Shown here: piece after piece, positions 33,140-43,894 of the stretch
Position numbering within the stretch: the stretch's first letter is position 1
How the letters are laid out: each line of letters begins with the position of its first letter
NCBI GenBank assembly: GCA_963835575.1
Contig: CAWIGG010000005.1
Coordinates: 192,001 to 256,000 of the forward strand
Direction: 5' to 3'
From: an uncultured Spirochaetota bacterium
GTDB lineage: Bacteria; Spirochaetota; Brevinematia; Brevinematales; JAOACQ01
Length of the DNA stretch: 64,000 nucleotides
Position numbers and translations under genes: made by a program
Notes under the pieces: model-generated
Told to the model about the DNA's origin: nothing
What the model saw: only the letters and a program-made list of their open reading frames with translations
Database searches by the model: none

Positions 33140-36004
33140 ATGGCAAAATCAAAGACAAAGTACGTTTATTTCTTCGGCGGCGGAAAGGCCGAAGGTGACG
33201 GTACGATGAAGGAGCTTCTCGGCGGAAAGGGCGCCGGGCTTGCTGAAATGACCGCTATCGGTCTTCCCGTACCAGGCGGATTTACCATCACAACAGAGGT
33301 CTGCGACCTCTTTTATAAAAACGGCAGAAAATACCCTGACGGCTTAATGGAAGAAGTGGATGGGCATGTGGCCAGGCTGGAAAAGCTCATCGGCAAAAAG
33401 CTGGGCGACCCGAAGGACCCGCTTCTTGTCTCCGTCCGTTCGGGCGCGCCCATTTCCATGCCCGGAATGATGGAAACCATATTGAACCTGGGCCTGAACG
33501 ACAAATCGGTCGAAGGCCTTGCCCAGAAAACCGGGAACAAACGGTTCGCACTCGACGCCTACAGAAGATTTATCATGATGTACGGATCGACGGCCATGGG
33601 CATCGAAAGGGAAAAATTCGACCATGCTTTTGATAAAATCAAGAATGAAAGAACAAGAGGCCGGCTCAATATCCAGTTCGGCAAAAAGGTCAATGACACC
33701 GATGTCAACGCCGCGGAACTGGAAGAGCTCATCAGGAATTTCAAGGAACTCTATAAAAGGGAAATCGGAAAAGATTTTCCGCAGGACCCGAAGGAACAGC
33801 TCTGGGGTTCAGTCAGCGCCGTTTTCGGCAGCTGGATGGCCGATAAGGCCGTGACTTATAGAAGGGTTGAAAAGATCCAGGGCATCGTCGGAACGGCCGT
33901 GAATATCGTGCAGATGGTCTTCGGGAACATGGGCGATACTTCCGGTACGGGAGTCTGCTTTACACGCGACCCGAATAACGGCGATAACACATTTTACGGC
34001 GACTACCTGATCAACGCCCAGGGCGAAGATGTCGTGGCCGGCATCAGGACCCCGATTAAATTATCCGATTTCGAAAAGGCCGATCAGAAAGCCTATAAAC
34101 AGCTGGTTGAAGTGAGAAAGACCCTCGAGAAGCATTATAAGGACATGCAGGACCTGGAATTCACGGTTGAAGAAGGCACTCTTTACATGCTCCAGTGCCG
34201 GACCGGCAAACGTTCTCCTTTCGCGGCGTTCAAGATCGCCGTGGATATGGTGGACGAAAAGCTTATCTCGAAAGAAGACGCTCTTATGAGAATTAAAGAT
34301 AAAGACATCGAAGGCATTTTTTACCCGATCATCGACCCTTCCCAGAAAGAAGCCCTCAAAGCGAATTTCATTGTATCGGGCATCGACGCCGTACCCGGCG
34401 CCGCGGCCGGAAAGGTCGTCTTTAACGCGAAAGACGCCGAGGACTGGGCCGGAAGGGGCGAGAAAGTGATCCTTGTCAGAAAAGAGACAAGCCCCGAAGA
34501 CGTCGGCGGCATGCATGCCGCTGTCGGAATCCTCACCGCCACAGGCGGTAAAACCTCGCACGCCGCTGTTGTCGCGAGAGGCTGGGGGAAATGCTGTATC
34601 GTCGGCTGTGAAAAGCTCGACATCGATTACGGCAGTAAATTATTCAAAGTCGGCGATAAAATCGTCAGGGAAGGCGAAGAGATCACGCTGAACGGCACGA
34701 CCGGTGAAGTTTACAAGACCGCTATGAAGCTCATCAAGCCCACGCTGCCGGCTTCCTACAATACAATCATGACCTGGGCGGATGAAACCCGTAAACTCAA
34801 GGTCAGGACGAACGCCGACACGCCTTACGACGCGGCGCACGCCGTGGAACTGGGCGCCGAAGGCATCGGCCTCTGCAGGACGGAGCATATGTTCTTCGAC
34901 ACGGAGGAAAGACGCGAAGCCATTCAGGAAATGATCGTGGCCGACACCGTGGAAGACAGGAGAAAGGCTCTCTCGAAGCTCCTGCCCTTCCAGAAAGCGG
35001 ACTTCAAAGGCATATTCAAGGCGATGGACGGCAAGCCCGTTACCATCCGCTTGATCGACCCGCCCCTTCACGAGTTCGTGCCGCATGACGAGCCCAAGCA
35101 GAGGGAACTCGCGCTGAAGATCGGCGTTCCTTTTGAAAAGGTCAAACATAGAGTTGAACAGCTCCACGAAGCAAACCCGATGCTCGGCCACAGGGGATGC
35201 CGTTTGTGCATCACCTACCCTGAAATCCTGGAGATGCAGGTCACGGCCATCATCGAAGCGGCATGCGAATGCGCCAAAGAAGGTATCGACGTGGAACCGG
35301 AAATCATGCACCCCCTCGTTATCGATAAAAAAGAACTCAAGATCCTCGAAGTCCAGACAAGGAAGATCGCCGACGCCATCATAGCCCGGAGCGGCAGGCC
35401 GGTGAAATACTTAGTCGGCACGATGATCGAAGTGCCCAGGGCGGCCCTTCTTGCCGACCAGATCGCCGAAGTGGCGGAATTTTTCTCCTTCGGCACCAAC
35501 GACCTCACACAGATGACCCTCGGTATGTCTCGGGACGACGCGGGACGCTTCCTGCCGGATTATGTCGACGAAAAGAAGGCCGGCGTCTTCAAGGACGACC
35601 CCTTCCAGTCTCTCGACCAGTCAGGCGTGGGCCTCCTGGTGAAATGGGGCATCGAAAAGGGCCGGAGCACCAGGCCGAACCTCAAGGTCGGCATCTGCGG
35701 CGAACACGGCGGCGAGCTCAAGTCCGTCAAGTTCTGCCACAGGGTTGGAATGAACTATGTTTCATGTTCGCCCTTCCGCGTACCGATAGCGAGACTCGCA
35801 GCGGCGCAGGCCGTTATTGAAGACAAGAAGGCTGCAAAGCCCACATCCAAACCGGCGGTTAAGAAAGCACCGGTAAAGAAAGCGGCGGCCAAAAAGCCCG
35901 CGGCGAAGAAGCCGGTTGCGAAAAAAGCGACGGTGAGTAAGGCTGTTAGCAAGAGCGCACCGAAGAAGAAGGCTGCTCCGAAAAAGAAGAGCTCTAGAAA
36001 GTAA
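33140..36004 (+). CDS. ppdK: Pyruvate phosphate dikinase with Lys/Ala-rich C-terminal tail
   Basis: LLGGKGAGLAEM, GGKTSHAAVVARG, GIGLCRTEHMF, FSFGTNDLTQ, GICGEHGG. Confidence 0.97.
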   Translation: MAKSKTKYVYFFGGGKAEGDGTMKELLGGKGAGLAEMTAIGLPVPGGFTITTEVCDLFYKNGRKYPDGLMEEVDGHVARLEKLIGKKLGDPKDPLLVSVRSGAPISMPGMMETILNLGLNDKSVEGLAQKTGNKRFALDAYRRFIMMYGSTAMGIEREKFDHAFDKIKNERTRGRLNIQFGKKVNDTDVNAAELEELIRNFKELYKREIGKDFPQDPKEQLWGSVSAVFGSWMADKAVTYRRVEKIQGIVGTAVNIVQMVFGNMGDTSGTGVCFTRDPNNGDNTFYGDYLINAQGEDVVAGIRTPIKLSDFEKADQKAYKQLVEVRKTLEKHYKDMQDLEFTVEEGTLYMLQCRTGKRSPFAAFKIAVDMVDEKLISKEDALMRIKDKDIEGIFYPIIDPSQKEALKANFIVSGIDAVPGAAAGKVVFNAKDAEDWAGRGEKVILVRKETSPEDVGGMHAAVGILTATGGKTSHAAVVARGWGKCCIVGCEKLDIDYGSKLFKVGDKIVREGEEITLNGTTGEVYKTAMKLIKPTLPASYNTIMTWADETRKLKVRTNADTPYDAAHAVELGAEGIGLCRTEHMFFDTEERREAIQEMIVADTVEDRRKALSKLLPFQKADFKGIFKAMDGKPVTIRLIDPPLHEFVPHDEPKQRELALKIGVPFEKVKHRVEQLHEANPMLGHRGCRLCITYPEILEMQVTAIIEAACECAKEGIDVEPEIMHPLVIDKKELKILEVQTRKIADAIIARSGRPVKYLVGTMIEVPRAALLADQIAEVAEFFSFGTNDLTQMTLGMSRDDAGRFLPDYVDEKKAGVFKDDPFQSLDQSGVGLLVKWGIEKGRSTRPNLKVGICGEHGGELKSVKFCHRVGMNYVSCSPFRVPIARLAAAQAVIEDKKAAKPTSKPAVKKAPVKKAAAKKPAAKKPVAKKATVSKAVSKSAPKKKAAPKKKSSRK

Positions 36005-36021
36005 ACTATAGAATTGATTAT

Positions 36022-36055
36022 AAGCCCCGTTTCTGTAAGGGAACGGGGCTTTTTT
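36022..36055 (+). terminator. Rho-independent terminator after ppdK
   Basis: AAGCCCCGTT...AACGGGGCTTTTT. Confidence 0.85.
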
Positions 36056-36325
36056 ATGGCATCTCTTTTTTAATTCATTCGGGGCTTATTGATATCTGAC
36101 TAACCTGGTAATTTTACCACAAGGGCACGGAGGGAGTTCTAAAGGTGGGCTACGCCCGGCAGATAAAAGATTTTGATTGAGAATCCTTTCTTGATTTATT
36201 AAAAGCCTTTTGAACGACACCAATTCCACACGATGTTATGATAAAAAGTCAAAAGAAATATTGACGGGTAAGGGAGATGGCATTATACTGCCTGAAATAC
36301 ACAAGAGGGGGTTAGTGCCGCTGAA

Positions 36326-36895
36326 TTGAGATCAACAAAATATATTATTGAAAGTTTTACTAAAATTTTGAAATATAATCCTCAAATTACTAGTGACTAT
36401 GATATTAAGCATAAATTAGATGTTTCTTTTATTTCAATGGGAGAACCTGTTGGAAATTTTAAATCAGAAAATATAATCATTAATGATGCAAATGAATTAA
36501 TCGTTTTTGATGGCAATGATTTTAAATCAAAATTATCTAATATTAGTATTAAGTTTAAAAAAGAAAGTAATTATGATTATGGAATTATATTAAAGATTAA
36601 TCCAAAACAATTCCCCAATAGAAATTGGTTTCTTTGTGCTGGTCTAGGAGAATATGGAACCTCTGGAGCAGCATGGTTTCTAAGTAATAAATGGAATCAA
36701 TTATATAAAGAATTTAAAAATACTAATTTTGCTACCATTGTTAAAGTTAAACCAGGGCAAGATGAATCTGCACTCATGGTTTTTGCTACAAATGATAAAA
36801 ATGACTATCGATTAAAAAAACCAGAAGATATAGAAATTATTCTTCCTGATATAGATGTTGAAAATTTAATTCCTAAAATTAAAAAGAAAAAATAA
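36326..36895 (+). CDS. Low-GC hypothetical protein, probably N-terminally truncated
   Basis: AT-rich ORF with conserved-looking WFLCAGLGEYGTSGAAWFL; TTG start uncertain. Confidence 0.55.
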   Translation: MRSTKYIIESFTKILKYNPQITSDYDIKHKLDVSFISMGEPVGNFKSENIIINDANELIVFDGNDFKSKLSNISIKFKKESNYDYGIILKINPKQFPNRNWFLCAGLGEYGTSGAAWFLSNKWNQLYKEFKNTNFATIVKVKPGQDESALMVFATNDKNDYRLKKPEDIEIILPDIDVENLIPKIKKKK

Positions 36896-37218
36896 AATTA
36901 AGGAAGATTTCATTAATATTGGCCACCGCATAGCGTTCAATAGCACCTATTACATTGCGGTGCTCGCCGTTAATGACAGATATGGAAAAAACCTTGATTT
37001 TTCCATTAGTATTCGCCCTGCGTCGGGCAGACTGGAGGAGAAAACTCAGGTCAACCACATATGCTTGTCAAGAACTGTGAGCAGTTCTAAGGCTCTCAAA
37101 TGTCGTGTAGCTGCACTGTTAAATGTAATTGGCAAATTTACCTCCCAAAGTGTCCGGCTCATTAGTAATCAAGTTCCCATCATTATTTGCATTCCCGGCA
37201 GTAAATAAATTATAATTC

Positions 37219-38524
37219 AAGACCTTTGCACGGTTACTTCATGGAAACATGAGATTAACTTCAATCTATGCCATAATATATAAGTTAAAGAGGTAAAATT
37301 ATGGCAATAAAAACAAAGCCGGATAGTTGGGCAGATTACGAGATCAGCTGCCGAAAAGAGAAAAAAGTTACATTTTTAGAACAGATTTTAAGACTGATTA
37401 ATTGGACAAGGATAGAAAGAATTATCAGGAAGAAATACAAAAAGTTCTTCAACGCAGTAGGAAGTCCGGCTTAACCGAGTCTGGCTATGTTCAAAATCCT
37501 GTTATTACAAACATGGTATGATCTTTCTGATCCGCAGATGGAAGAGGAATTGATTAATAGAATATCTTTTGTCCGCTTTGCGGGCTTATTACTTACGAGC
37601 GACGTGCCTGATCACAGTACCATCTGCCGGTTCAGGAATGAATTGAAGGATTTGGGAGTTTACGAAAAGCTTTTAAATGAAATCAATATACAGTTAGAGG
37701 GAAATCAAATATTAATCAAGAAAGGCGCAATTGTGGATGCGACAGTGGTGCAATCATCACGCCGTCCGCGCAGGGTTGTGGAAACGGAAAGCATACCGGA
37801 AGATCGCAAAGAGGAAGAAAAGCAGGATGTTTCATATCCGGAAGTCAGCTATTCTGATGATACAGACTCAAAGTGGCTGGTTAAGGGGAAAAAGGTATTT
37901 TATGGATATAAAGTGCATATGGCGGTAGATGACCGGAATGGTTTTATTCTGGGCGGGCATGTCACAGGAGCGAATGTGTCAGACATGAACGAAATCAAAC
38001 AGGTTGTAGAGGAAATCGGATTGAATGAAAAATCATCGGTGGCGGCGGACAAGGGGGAATGCAAGCCAGGATAACCGGGATATGCTTAAAGAGAAGAAGA
38101 TGAAAAGCAGAATAATGAGGAAGGCCGCGCGAGGACGGGAATTGACGGAACGGGAAAAAATTTTCAACCGGTTGATTAGCGGATTTCGTTATCTTGCGGA
38201 GCAGACCATCGGAACACTCAAACATCATTATGGATTTGACCGGATGCGTTATCTGGGATGTGAAAAAGGTGAAATGGAGTTTTATTTAAAAGCGATGGCG
38301 TTCAACTTAAAGAAAGCCGCAAGAATCTGTTTTGAGGTATAGGGCGAACTGCGTTCAGAATCCCTTTTTCAGCGGGTTAAAGCTGAAAAAAGCCCTAAAG
38401 AGGGGACCAAAACCCGTAAGGCCGGGGCATTGGCTATAAATGTTATTATTTTGAGTTTAACCCATCCCAAAAATTTTTAATTTATGTCGGATGGCTGGAA
38501 TTTATATAATTGTGCAAAGGTCTT
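37219..38524 (+). mobile_element. IS5-family element (IS1106-like ends), defective
   Basis: IRs AAGACCTTTGCAC / GTGCAAAGGTCTT. Confidence 0.88.
37301..38342 (+). pseudogene. IS5-family transposase pseudogene
   Basis: In-frame TAA at 37472-37474 (GSPA*P) and frameshift at ADKG near 38055; VPDHSTICRFR, IVDAT, YGYKVH motifs. Confidence 0.88.
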
Positions 38525-38720
38525 GATTTTGATATATCCGTCAAGGAGCTATCTATGAATTTTCTGAACAACTGCTCAATAGAGAAAATCAACGCCGATT
38601 CCTTCAGCATCTCGGACAGCTTTCACCTGTGCCAAGGATTATAAAATTAATATCATAATATTTAAGAAATAGTTATTCTTGTGCCACAGGGAATTTCATT
38701 TTTTTGTCATATCATAAGAT

Positions 38721-38757
38721 AAGCGGCGAATGGTAATATGCCATCCGCCGCTTTTTA
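38721..38757. terminator. Terminator-like hairpin downstream of the GH27 gene
   Basis: AAGCGGCG.ATGG...CCAT.CGCCGCTTTTT. Confidence 0.6.
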
Positions 38758-38775
38758 TTGAATTTTCCCAGGTTT

Positions 38776-40650
38776 TCAATAAGTTGTGCAGGAGCTCCCG
38801 TTCAGGGTGAATACGGCCGGTTTGGAATTCGCGCCGCTGTAGGTCATGTTAAAGCCGAAAGCCTGGGTTCCGCCGTTCGCACCGATGATGTTGTTATAAG
38901 ATAAATTATTTACTGTCACAGTCGCTCCGCTTGATGTCTGTGTGGCGTTCCATATTTGCGTGATCGCCTGATTACCGGCAAAAGTCCAGACCAATGTCCA
39001 TCCATTAACAGCTGTTGCGCTGTTGTTCTTAATGGTCACTGTGCATGTCGCTCCGGCCCCCCAGTCATTATTGACGGTATAGTTTACAGCATAACCGCCG
39101 GATATGCTGGATGCGGAACTCGAAACGGTGCTGCTGGCAGCGGATGATGCGGTACTTGAAGTCATGCTGGAACTCGCTATGGAAGACACGGCGCTGGAAG
39201 AACGGGAGCTCAGCGCTGATGATGCGATGGAAGCAATGCTGCTGGAGCGGCTGGAGCTCGCCGGGGAGGACGCAATACTCGAGACGGCAGAAGAAACAAT
39301 GCTCGACGACCGGCTGGAGCTTGTCGGCACCGATGAGAGCGTGGATGATGCCATACTGGAATTCCTGCTGGAACTAATGGAGGAGGATGCCGGGCTCGAG
39401 GAAGCGATAGAGCTGCTGGAGGCGCCGCCCGTTCCGGTCACCTTTATCATAACCACTCCATGAGAGGGAACTGAGGCCGAGTAGGAACCGTTGAATGAAC
39501 CGAGATCGGCATGCGCCCAGAGATCACGGACTGACGCGCTGCCGGAAAGCCCGATGTCGGTCCAATTGACCGATATTGCGGCGCTCGAGCTTCCGCGGTT
39601 CAATAAAACCACGGCTTTTTCAGCGCCGTTCATGCTTCCCAGGGGCTTCATCCAGACTTCCAGGTTTCCGTTTGTAATGATCTTATGTCCCTGGATGCCG
39701 GCCGTGTCCTGATCGACGACGACCACTTCATTATTCAGGAGGATATTGGTGATAGTATTGGTCATTGTCCGGATATCGTTGCCGGCGATCAGCGGGGCCG
39801 CCATAATGGACCAGAGGCTGAACTGGCTTTTGTATTCGTCGTAAGTGCAGCCGGAATTCCCCACTTCCAGCATATCCGGGTCGTTCCAGTGGCCGGGACC
39901 GGCATTGGAATAGAGCGCCTGATTGACATCGGCGATATTCAGGAAAGAGCCGAAGTTGTCGTTGACATCGCTGGTCGTCCGCCAGAGATTGGCGGCGTCA
40001 ATCATCCAGGGCCCCACATAGTACCAGCAGCAGATGGCGAATACGATGGGGCGGCCGCAATTGGTCAGGCATTGGCTCATCAACTGGTACTGGGTCTGCA
40101 AGTCCAGAGAAGCATTACAGCTGTCTTCCTTCAGGTAATCGACGCCCCAGGAGGCGTATGTCGCAGCATCCTGCGCTTCATGGCCCTGGCTTCCGCTCAG
40201 CGGGATACCGCCGCATGTCGCCGTGCCGCGGTCGCCGTAAATCCCGAACTTGAGCCCCTTGGAGTGGATGTAATCGCCCAGGGCCTTCATGCCGCTCGGA
40301 AAGCGATTGGTATCGCCCATCAGATTGCCGTTCGCATCGCGGGCGGGGTTGTTCATCCAGTTATCGTCCAGGATCAGGTAGATATAGCCGGCGTCTCTCA
40401 TCCCGGAGCTGACCAGTGCGTCGGCTATCTGCTTGATTTTGGATTCGTCGATAGCGTAGCCGAAGCAATTATAGCTGTTCCATCCCATGGGCGGCGTCAG
40501 GGCAAGCCCGTTTGCCATCCTCGTGCTCATGAAATTACCTTTATCCGGCGCTCCGCCCCCGTTTTCCGTAATGATGCTGCAGCCCAGGGCAAAGAAGAGA
40601 AGAAAGCCGATAGAAGCCGTAAGACCGGAATACTTTAACCATTTTCTCAT
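38776..40650 (-). CDS. Lipoprotein alpha-galactosidase (GH27) with Ser-rich linker and C-terminal CBM2
   Basis: Lipobox ALGC; LALTPPMGWNS, LDDNW, WGVDYLK.D, GHWNDPDMLEVG; poly-Ser linker; NDWGAG...GWTLVWTF...QIWNA CBM2. Confidence 0.92.
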   Translation of the reverse strand: MRKWLKYSGLTASIGFLLFFALGCSIITENGGGAPDKGNFMSTRMANGLALTPPMGWNSYNCFGYAIDESKIKQIADALVSSGMRDAGYIYLILDDNWMNNPARDANGNLMGDTNRFPSGMKALGDYIHSKGLKFGIYGDRGTATCGGIPLSGSQGHEAQDAATYASWGVDYLKEDSCNASLDLQTQYQLMSQCLTNCGRPIVFAICCWYYVGPWMIDAANLWRTTSDVNDNFGSFLNIADVNQALYSNAGPGHWNDPDMLEVGNSGCTYDEYKSQFSLWSIMAAPLIAGNDIRTMTNTITNILLNNEVVVVDQDTAGIQGHKIITNGNLEVWMKPLGSMNGAEKAVVLLNRGSSSAAISVNWTDIGLSGSASVRDLWAHADLGSFNGSYSASVPSHGVVMIKVTGTGGASSSSIASSSPASSSISSSRNSSMASSTLSSVPTSSSRSSSIVSSAVSSIASSPASSSRSSSIASIASSALSSRSSSAVSSIASSSMTSSTASSAASSTVSSSASSISGGYAVNYTVNNDWGAGATCTVTIKNNSATAVNGWTLVWTFAGNQAITQIWNATQTSSGATVTVNNLSYNNIIGANGGTQAFGFNMTYSGANSKPAVFTLNGSSCTTY

Positions 40651-40840
40651 AATAACAGTTCCTCCTTTTTAAATATCCGCATAAAAAAGTTTTCTATTTA
40701 TATTATAAATCAGCAGGAAATGAGTCATCCCAGACCTGCGGTGCTAATTTAACAGTACCTTGAGTATGGTTTTGTTTTGATAAAATCTGAAGAGAGATTT
40801 ATTTTTACATCAAATTTGACAGGCGCATCCAAGTAAGGGA

Positions 40841-42088
40841 TTACTCTACTTCATAGGGCCACCGGTTTATGCCGCCCAGGTCATAGACCCTGGTATATCC
40901 CAGTTTGGCCAATAATTCCGCCGCCCAGCGGCTGCGTACGCCGGTGGCGCAATAGACGATGATTTCCCGGTTCCGGTCGGGCACAAGGCTCTGTATTTTG
41001 TCCCGGATGTCGAATGTCGATAATAAAACGCTTCCCTTGATATGCTTTTCCCTGTACTCTTTTTCCGTGCGGACATCGATCAGGAGAGCGCCTTTTTCCA
41101 TCTTTTCCCGAGCGACCTCCGGCGTGACAGAACGGATATCCGGGTTCAGCAAGGCGGTGAAGACAATTCCGTTCATCCCCACAGCCACGATCCGCCTGCC
41201 GTCGCATGCCGCGGCTTTCAGATCGTCTTCCGACAGGGTTTGAAACTGGATGCATTTCCGGCAATCCGGCAATGTAACGATCGAGCCGTGGCTTCCCGCT
41301 GCAACAGGCTGGGTCCCGTCCCATGCCGCTGTGTAAAGGCGGATGTTTTTGAAGTTATTTTTGTGGATGTATTCCAGGACCTGTACGGACCAATTGACGG
41401 CGTCGGCCGATTCGATGATTACCGGATAGGAGGGTTCCTTATTTATATAACCGACTATGAGGAATTTATTACTCATCCATTGAACGTCTTCCAATATTAA
41501 AGGCCGCGTATTATTCTGAATGACAGCCTTCGAAGGGGCCCAGTTTATTCCGTCGGAAGAAGTCAAAATTGTGGAATCATCCCCCACGGCCGCAAACACC
41601 TTCCCGTTAAAAGCCGCCGAATTGAGTCCCGCGGCTGTTCCGGATTCTGCCGCCTTCCAGCCCGTTCCATCCGCCGAAAACAGGACCGTTCCCTTTTCCC
41701 CGACGATGATGGTCCTGCCCTGACCGCCGACAATGTGCCTGAGCGAATAGCGGGTACCGGAAGGGACATCCTTCCACATCATACCGTCGGGAGAGGCCAG
41801 GATTACTCCATTGCCGCCGACCGCCAGGAACCGGCTTCCATCCCAGGCAACCCCGAAGAGCGGCCGGTCCGTTCCGGAAACACCATTGGTCCATATCAGT
41901 CCATCCCCGGAAGTCTTTACCAGGCCGTTTGCCCCAACCGCAACAAAGGTATTATTTCCGCAGACAATGGCGTATAGATCGCCGCTGCCTTTTACGCTTT
42001 GCCAGAATAAGTCATTGAATCCGAATGCGGGTGCCGCCGAGAGGAAAATTATAATAAATGATAGACAAGGCAATATTTTTTTAAACAT
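40841..42088 (-). CDS. Exported beta-propeller (BNR-like repeats) fused to a rhodanese domain
   Basis: Repeats FVAVG..G.I..S.DG..W; LIDVRT..EY...HIKG and YCATGVRS. Confidence 0.85.
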   Translation of the reverse strand: MFKKILPCLSFIIIFLSAAPAFGFNDLFWQSVKGSGDLYAIVCGNNTFVAVGANGLVKTSGDGLIWTNGVSGTDRPLFGVAWDGSRFLAVGGNGVILASPDGMMWKDVPSGTRYSLRHIVGGQGRTIIVGEKGTVLFSADGTGWKAAESGTAAGLNSAAFNGKVFAAVGDDSTILTSSDGINWAPSKAVIQNNTRPLILEDVQWMSNKFLIVGYINKEPSYPVIIESADAVNWSVQVLEYIHKNNFKNIRLYTAAWDGTQPVAAGSHGSIVTLPDCRKCIQFQTLSEDDLKAAACDGRRIVAVGMNGIVFTALLNPDIRSVTPEVAREKMEKGALLIDVRTEKEYREKHIKGSVLLSTFDIRDKIQSLVPDRNREIIVYCATGVRSRWAAELLAKLGYTRVYDLGGINRWPYEVE

Positions 42089-42166
42089 AAATCCTTCCTG
42101 AAAAAATTTGCTCAAGGCTTAGTATAGACAATAAAGTTGTATATTCAATATAGTGAACTGTAAGAA

Positions 42167-43504
42167 TTACAAATTGGATATAATTGTACTGAATATACTG
42201 GTGTTGGTCCAAGGTGCAGCGTCATATCCTGTCCCGGAAGCAGGAATGTGAAGTATGCAGCTGGCGACATTGGAAAAACTGTCAGCTGCAATGACTGCCG
42301 GAGCTGTTATGGCCCTTATATTTAAAGATTTCAGGCTAACACAGTCTTTGAACGCCATGGTATTGATGTTCACGACGTTGCTTGACAGGGTCACATTGGT
42401 CAAACCGGTACAGCTGTCGAAAAGATTAGCGTCTATAGTTACAACTTTACCGGGAATAACCATGCTTTTCAGGTCCATGCACCAATGGAAAGCATTATCC
42501 TGGATTGTTGTAACGCTGCCGGGAATAATCAAGTTTGTAAGGCCGCAGGCATAGAAAGCGGAACTTCCGATTGTAGTCAAGCTGTCGGGGAGTGCCAGGC
42601 TTTTCAGAGCGCCGCACGAACCAAAACCGCCCCAGTCAATTCTGGTAATGCTGCCCGGAAGCTTGATGTTCTTTATTCCGGTGCAGAGATAGAATGCACA
42701 CATGGAGATATTGGAAATACTGCCCGGTATGATTAAATTTGTCAGTCTTTGGCAGTCATAGAACGCATAAGCTCCGATTGCAAGAAGACCTTCCGGAAAA
42801 GCGACATTCAATAAATTTGTGTCATACATGAACGCGCTTCCGCCTATATTTGTGACGTGAGCCGGAATTGCTATGTTCGCGATGCCGACGCAGCAGTAAA
42901 ACGCGAGATCGCCGATGGAAACAAGTGCGGATGGCAGCTTCAGGTTCGTTATACAGCAATTGCTGTAAAAAGCGCCGGGGCCTATATTGGTTACGCAGGA
43001 CGGAATGATAATCCCGGCCATCGCGGTCTGGTTGGAAAAACCGCCGTTTGTAACGGATGTTACCGGCAGTCCCAGGTGGGTTGATGGAATCACCGCCATG
43101 ATTCCCGACGTGACGGCCGTTCCCTTGTCTACACAGTATTCGGTACCGCCGTTGATCAGCGTGAAATTCAATCCGGCGGTCGCGGGCAGCCAATAAGCGA
43201 AAACGGTTATATCCCCGGTCACAGGGGTACTGGCCATAAATTCCGAGCCGCCTCCGTTGGTTTGGGTAAACCATCCTATAAAAGCGTACTCGTTTCTAGT
43301 CGGTTCAGCCGGCAAAGCGTCAACTGTTGTTGATGGAGATGAGACCGTTTTGCTGGGAACAGGCGACCCGCCCTGGCTGTCAAAGGTCACGGAATAAGTG
43401 TATTTTTTATCTGTATTGCCTGGTCCTGAAGAGCAGGCGTAGAACGAAAGAAGTCCGAGAATGGAAAAGATCATAACAATGCCTTGAGATATCTTCTGAG
43501 ACAT
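42167..43504 (-). CDS. Lipoprotein with InlB B-repeat and BspA-type leucine-rich repeats
   Basis: Lipobox FYAC; VTFDSQGGS...FIGWF...YAYW-like repeat; repeated IP..VT.IG..AF. Confidence 0.88.
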   Translation of the reverse strand: MSQKISQGIVMIFSILGLLSFYACSSGPGNTDKKYTYSVTFDSQGGSPVPSKTVSSPSTTVDALPAEPTRNEYAFIGWFTQTNGGGSEFMASTPVTGDITVFAYWLPATAGLNFTLINGGTEYCVDKGTAVTSGIMAVIPSTHLGLPVTSVTNGGFSNQTAMAGIIIPSCVTNIGPGAFYSNCCITNLKLPSALVSIGDLAFYCCVGIANIAIPAHVTNIGGSAFMYDTNLLNVAFPEGLLAIGAYAFYDCQRLTNLIIPGSISNISMCAFYLCTGIKNIKLPGSITRIDWGGFGSCGALKSLALPDSLTTIGSSAFYACGLTNLIIPGSVTTIQDNAFHWCMDLKSMVIPGKVVTIDANLFDSCTGLTNVTLSSNVVNINTMAFKDCVSLKSLNIRAITAPAVIAADSFSNVASCILHIPASGTGYDAAPWTNTSIFSTIISNL

Positions 43505-43894
43505 AATAACCTCCCTACTAATAATTCGAGATTTTCCAAACTGCCTGCCGCTTTTGAAAGCCTCTTCACTTCTTTTACAATTATAATAGTACAAAAACAT
43601 TGTGTCAATCCAGTTTTGATTGTCGGCTCATCAAAAACTTCCTCCCTTCTTTATTTCTTCATTATCGGGGCATTATTCATCCTTTTTTTTCATAAAATCC
43701 AATGTCCCGGGCACTTCGGCCCTGCTCAGTGTAAACTCCGTCGAGGGGAAAAGGATGCCCTCTGAGGTTTTTTTTAATCGCTTGTCTTTGTAATTCCGAT
43801 GGGCATTCTTCAGGATATTTTGTAAGTTACCTTCTCTAATATATACCTTTCTCAGGTCACTGTCCATAGCTTTATTCGAAAGGCGGCCATCCTT

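Noticed and set aside
36920..37100. attC site after the low-GC ORF 36326-36895
   Set aside because: GCATAGC is not a valid RYYYAAC core and no matching GTTRRRY partner with L boxes could be supported
39100..39425. Low-complexity repeats and plus-strand ORFs 39104-39463
   Set aside because: Antisense shadow of the Ser-rich linker of the GH27 lipoprotein
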